A stretch of 64,000 nucleotides of DNA from Oopsacas minuta. Its lineage: Eukaryota > Animalia > Porifera. The notes beneath the pieces are model-generated. The model saw only the letters and a program-made list of their open reading frames with translations, was not told the DNA's origin and searched no databases. The translations under genes were made by a program, and so were the position numbers. The DNA is taken from NCBI GenBank assembly GCA_024704765.1, contig JAKMXF010000044.1, positions 372,001-436,000 of the forward strand. The letters run 5' to 3'. Shown here piece by piece: positions 60,892-64,000 of this stretch. Position 1 is the first letter of the stretch, and each line of letters starts with the position of its first letter.

Positions 60892-62022
60892 AACACTATA
60901 TATATATATATGCGAAATAGGATCCAGATAACTATGAGATTGTTGACATCTTACGAATGATATTGTCACGATGTAATATTTAAATAGACTCTCGTTAATA
61001 TGAACACAGTTATCAGTTAATACGTAACTTCTGAAAAGGACATACTTGACAATTTTCCGGGGATTTGACATGACATCCATTATCCATGAAAATATTGTTT
61101 GTTATTTCTCCTAATTTTCTGACAAAATAATGAAATGTTCATATTATTTGCATATAAAATTTGAAATCCATTGAAATTTTTGAAAATCGCAGGATTTCGA
61201 GATACATCCAGGGAAATAGTTAGAAAGGGTTGGTGTGTAAGGAGTATAAATTTGTAATTTATACTATCCGCCCCTTCAATGCTTTATCAATTATCTATAA
61301 TTAATTGATTTACGACGTATACCAGATAATAAGATTTGAATTTCGACTATATTGCGGTGTACAAATTCGCAAGTCTGGTAGTACGTATGATTCGATGTAT
61401 TGCTAATTAGTCACAACTTGTGCTTCGATTAGTGTGAAATTTATCCCCTGAGTGCTGTCTAAGGGTCTTTCAATGCGTTTTTGTGTTGTTGAGAGAGATT
61501 TTATAGATTAGCCCTATTTCTGGCCCCGATTTAGTTCCACAGTCTATTAGCTCACTTTTTCAATTATCTGGATACATTTATAATAGATTAATGGATGCTT
61601 GTTTGACTAAACACTCCCAACCTGAAACCTACAAAGCATTCATCCAGTAATAGTAGCTGCAGCGATTAGAAATTCTATTATTTCTAATTGATTTATTTTG
61701 TATTATATGACAATAACTCGAACATATTAATGTAATGTAGATCTTCTGTAGATTACTTATTTTTCGAATTTTACTTGCTTTTGATTGATTATCATTTAGT
61801 TGTTTTAGCCTGTGTAATTACATTTATTATATTTGTTTGTACAAATATTACTTGCTTAGTTTCGAATTTTACAATAAGCTATCTGACACAATAGATATTA
61901 CTTGGAAATTTGTGCTACGGAATTACTTCATACTTTAGCAGATTATTATGTGACCTTTTATCTATAATCTGGAAGTTAATAATTATTCTTACTTACCCAC
62001 TTAATAATATCCCTTATTATAG

Positions 62023-62106
62023 ACTGTTGTATGACAGAACAACTACTTTGTATAACCATATCCATGGTTATGGTTATACAAGGTAGTTGTTCTGTCATAC
62101 AACAGT
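62023..62106 (+). other. 84-nt near-perfect hairpin (38-bp arms, 8-nt loop)
   Basis: ACTGTTGTATGACAGAACAACTACTTTGTATAACCATA-TCCATGGT-TATGGTTATACAAGGTAGTTGTTCTGTCATACAACAGT; the single non-Watson-Crick pair is T62047:G62082. Confidence 0.9.
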
Positions 62107-64000
62107 ACTAATAATCTTATACTTAGCATTATTTATCCTTTGATTATTTGATTAATTTACTTTCATTTAATTAGTTTTGTGATCTACATGTTTTTGTTTT
62201 TCAAGCCAGCTAGATTAGAAATCCAAAATTTTACATTACGAACGAACCTGCCATCTTGGCCGTGTGATTCCTGTGATATATATTTTGCACGCTAACGTAA
62301 TGTTTATTTATAAATGATTAGTAATAGTTCTTTCTAGTCAAAATTTGAGATTTTTAAAATTAATATATAATCAATTTTAATCATTACGCCCACAAGAATT
62401 GCCTTAAATATTATTGTCATATCATTATTACATTTGAGGTTAATTGATGTAAACTGTTAATGCCATACAAATTGCATTATCTGAATTATGAATATTATTG
62501 TATTGATTATTGATGCTCTAATTAATATACATAATTACACAACCCCAAATTTGTATTTATTCCAGACCAACCTATAATATTTACTGTATGTAATATTTTG
62601 TTATTTTATATGATAATATTCCAATTATGTAATTCATTGTTCAATTATTTATTTTCTGTTTAATCTATAGCAAAAATGGGGGTATTCAGACTGATCACTG
62701 TTTCTCTTTTATTTGCGGTAGGTTGCCTCTCTATTTTCAATATTTTCACATTAGTAGAAAACTTCAAATGTTTTACTCTTTTGGCGGCCAAAATTCCACA
62801 TTGACTGGAATTTGTTCGTTACAAAATGAGACATGGGATTTTCTTCATATGGTGTACATGATTTTTTCACGACCAAATTGTCGCTATCCAACAATAGAAA
62901 TTCATAGGTACTTGAGGTTGTTGACAATTTCTATCCAAAGTATCTCACTCAAATATTCCTTTCGCTTGTTATCCAAAATTCGAAATCATTGAGTTTCCAT
63001 ATTATGTAGGAGTTAAGCTCTGTTTCCCTTTTCTAAAAGTACGTACGTGGTATATAGCTATGATACGTACGTATAATTATCTCTCTAAAATCTTAATTTC
63101 CGTGGATATAGACTATAGAGGGATTTTCTATAACCTGAGGCTGTTGGGTAGACGTAGATTCCGTAAACTCCTTCTTGCTACAGGTTTTCTTTCACTGTGC
63201 TCATGCTACTCTGGTTTATCCATTTTCCGTAGCTCTAATTGTATTACATAAATGTTTTGGAACTATCCACACATGAGTTGATTGTTTTGTTTATATTGTG
63301 TAACCTCGTTATACGAAAACCAAGGACGGTCAAATTTTGTTCTTCTTATCCAGAGTCTGTATTAACCAGACTCACTCGCGGGCTCTATCAACTCATTTTC
63401 TTGAATGAGTTTTTAATCCCGGGATTCCCGATCCCCAAACCCGGTGCATTAATCCCGGATGACAATCTACATTTCCGACAATGGGAAATTAGGGGACATT
63501 GGGCTAATACGGATAAAGGACAAAGGTCTACTGAAACAGGTTTGAATTTAATACGAAACAACCTGTAAATAATTTGGCATAGAAATTGAAAGGATATTAT
63601 TGATTTATTGCCATCGAAAGTTCACAAACCACTGTTTGCAACTATGAAAAGTTGATGCAGATCGTGCGTTATGTACTTACCAAAAACCAGTGATTTAGAA
63701 TTTGACTTTATTATAATACTTTTTTACAAGTACTGCACTGTCAGGAATAATTTGAATAAATCACAGAAGTTGCACTCTATTTAGTATATTATATTATCTT
63801 ATTGTTTAAACTTAGATAGACAATCAATCTGAACTCTGTAAATAATAATATTTACAATTTTTGTAATACATTGAGGAAAGATAAGTGATACATTGTTGTA
63901 ACTTTTGGAAAAATCTATCCTTGAGATTTGCCTAGGATCAATTGAATTTCACAAGTTTTTGAAACGAAGCGGATGGCTAACAGGAATTCTACCCATCAAC

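Noticed and set aside
1-64000. tRNA, rRNA, snRNA/SL-RNA genes and CRISPR arrays
   Set aside because: None recognised by eye. A covariance-model search would be needed to exclude small RNAs. The repeats present lack a repeat-spacer structure.

Overview
AT-rich eukaryotic genomic DNA. The gene content (BBS1, two-finger GATA, NBAS, calaxin, ARL3, RPL18, PNO1, HEI10) is animal. The compact, mostly intronless genes suggest an early-branching animal such as a glass sponge, but that taxon is my inference and not demonstrated. I can support 15 gene loci. All 8 loci from 3.2 to 36.6 kb are on the minus strand: BBS1, GATA, NBAS, calaxin, SLC25A38, ARL3, RPL18 and an orphan 7TM protein. All 7 loci from 39.4 to 60.9 kb are on the plus strand: ependymin-like, ZER1/ZYG11-like, a DHCR24 pseudogene, PNO1, a C2H2 protein, an inactive cathepsin-B-like protein and HEI10. 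Most start codons sit a few bases behind a 3'-splice-site-like YAG, as expected for spliced-leader trans-splicing or polycistronic transcription. Other highlights: a multiply disrupted sterol C24-reductase gene; a catalytically dead papain-fold protein with Ser at the Cys25 position, a possible C-terminal cystatin-like domain and a GPI/TM tail; a GATA C-finger with a 16-residue loop; two near-perfect hairpins; many MITEs; and a 69-unit TATTAC microsatellite. No rRNA, tRNA or CRISPR array was recognised. Exon boundaries and coordinates were worked out by hand, and homology calls rest on recalled family motifs rather than database searches.
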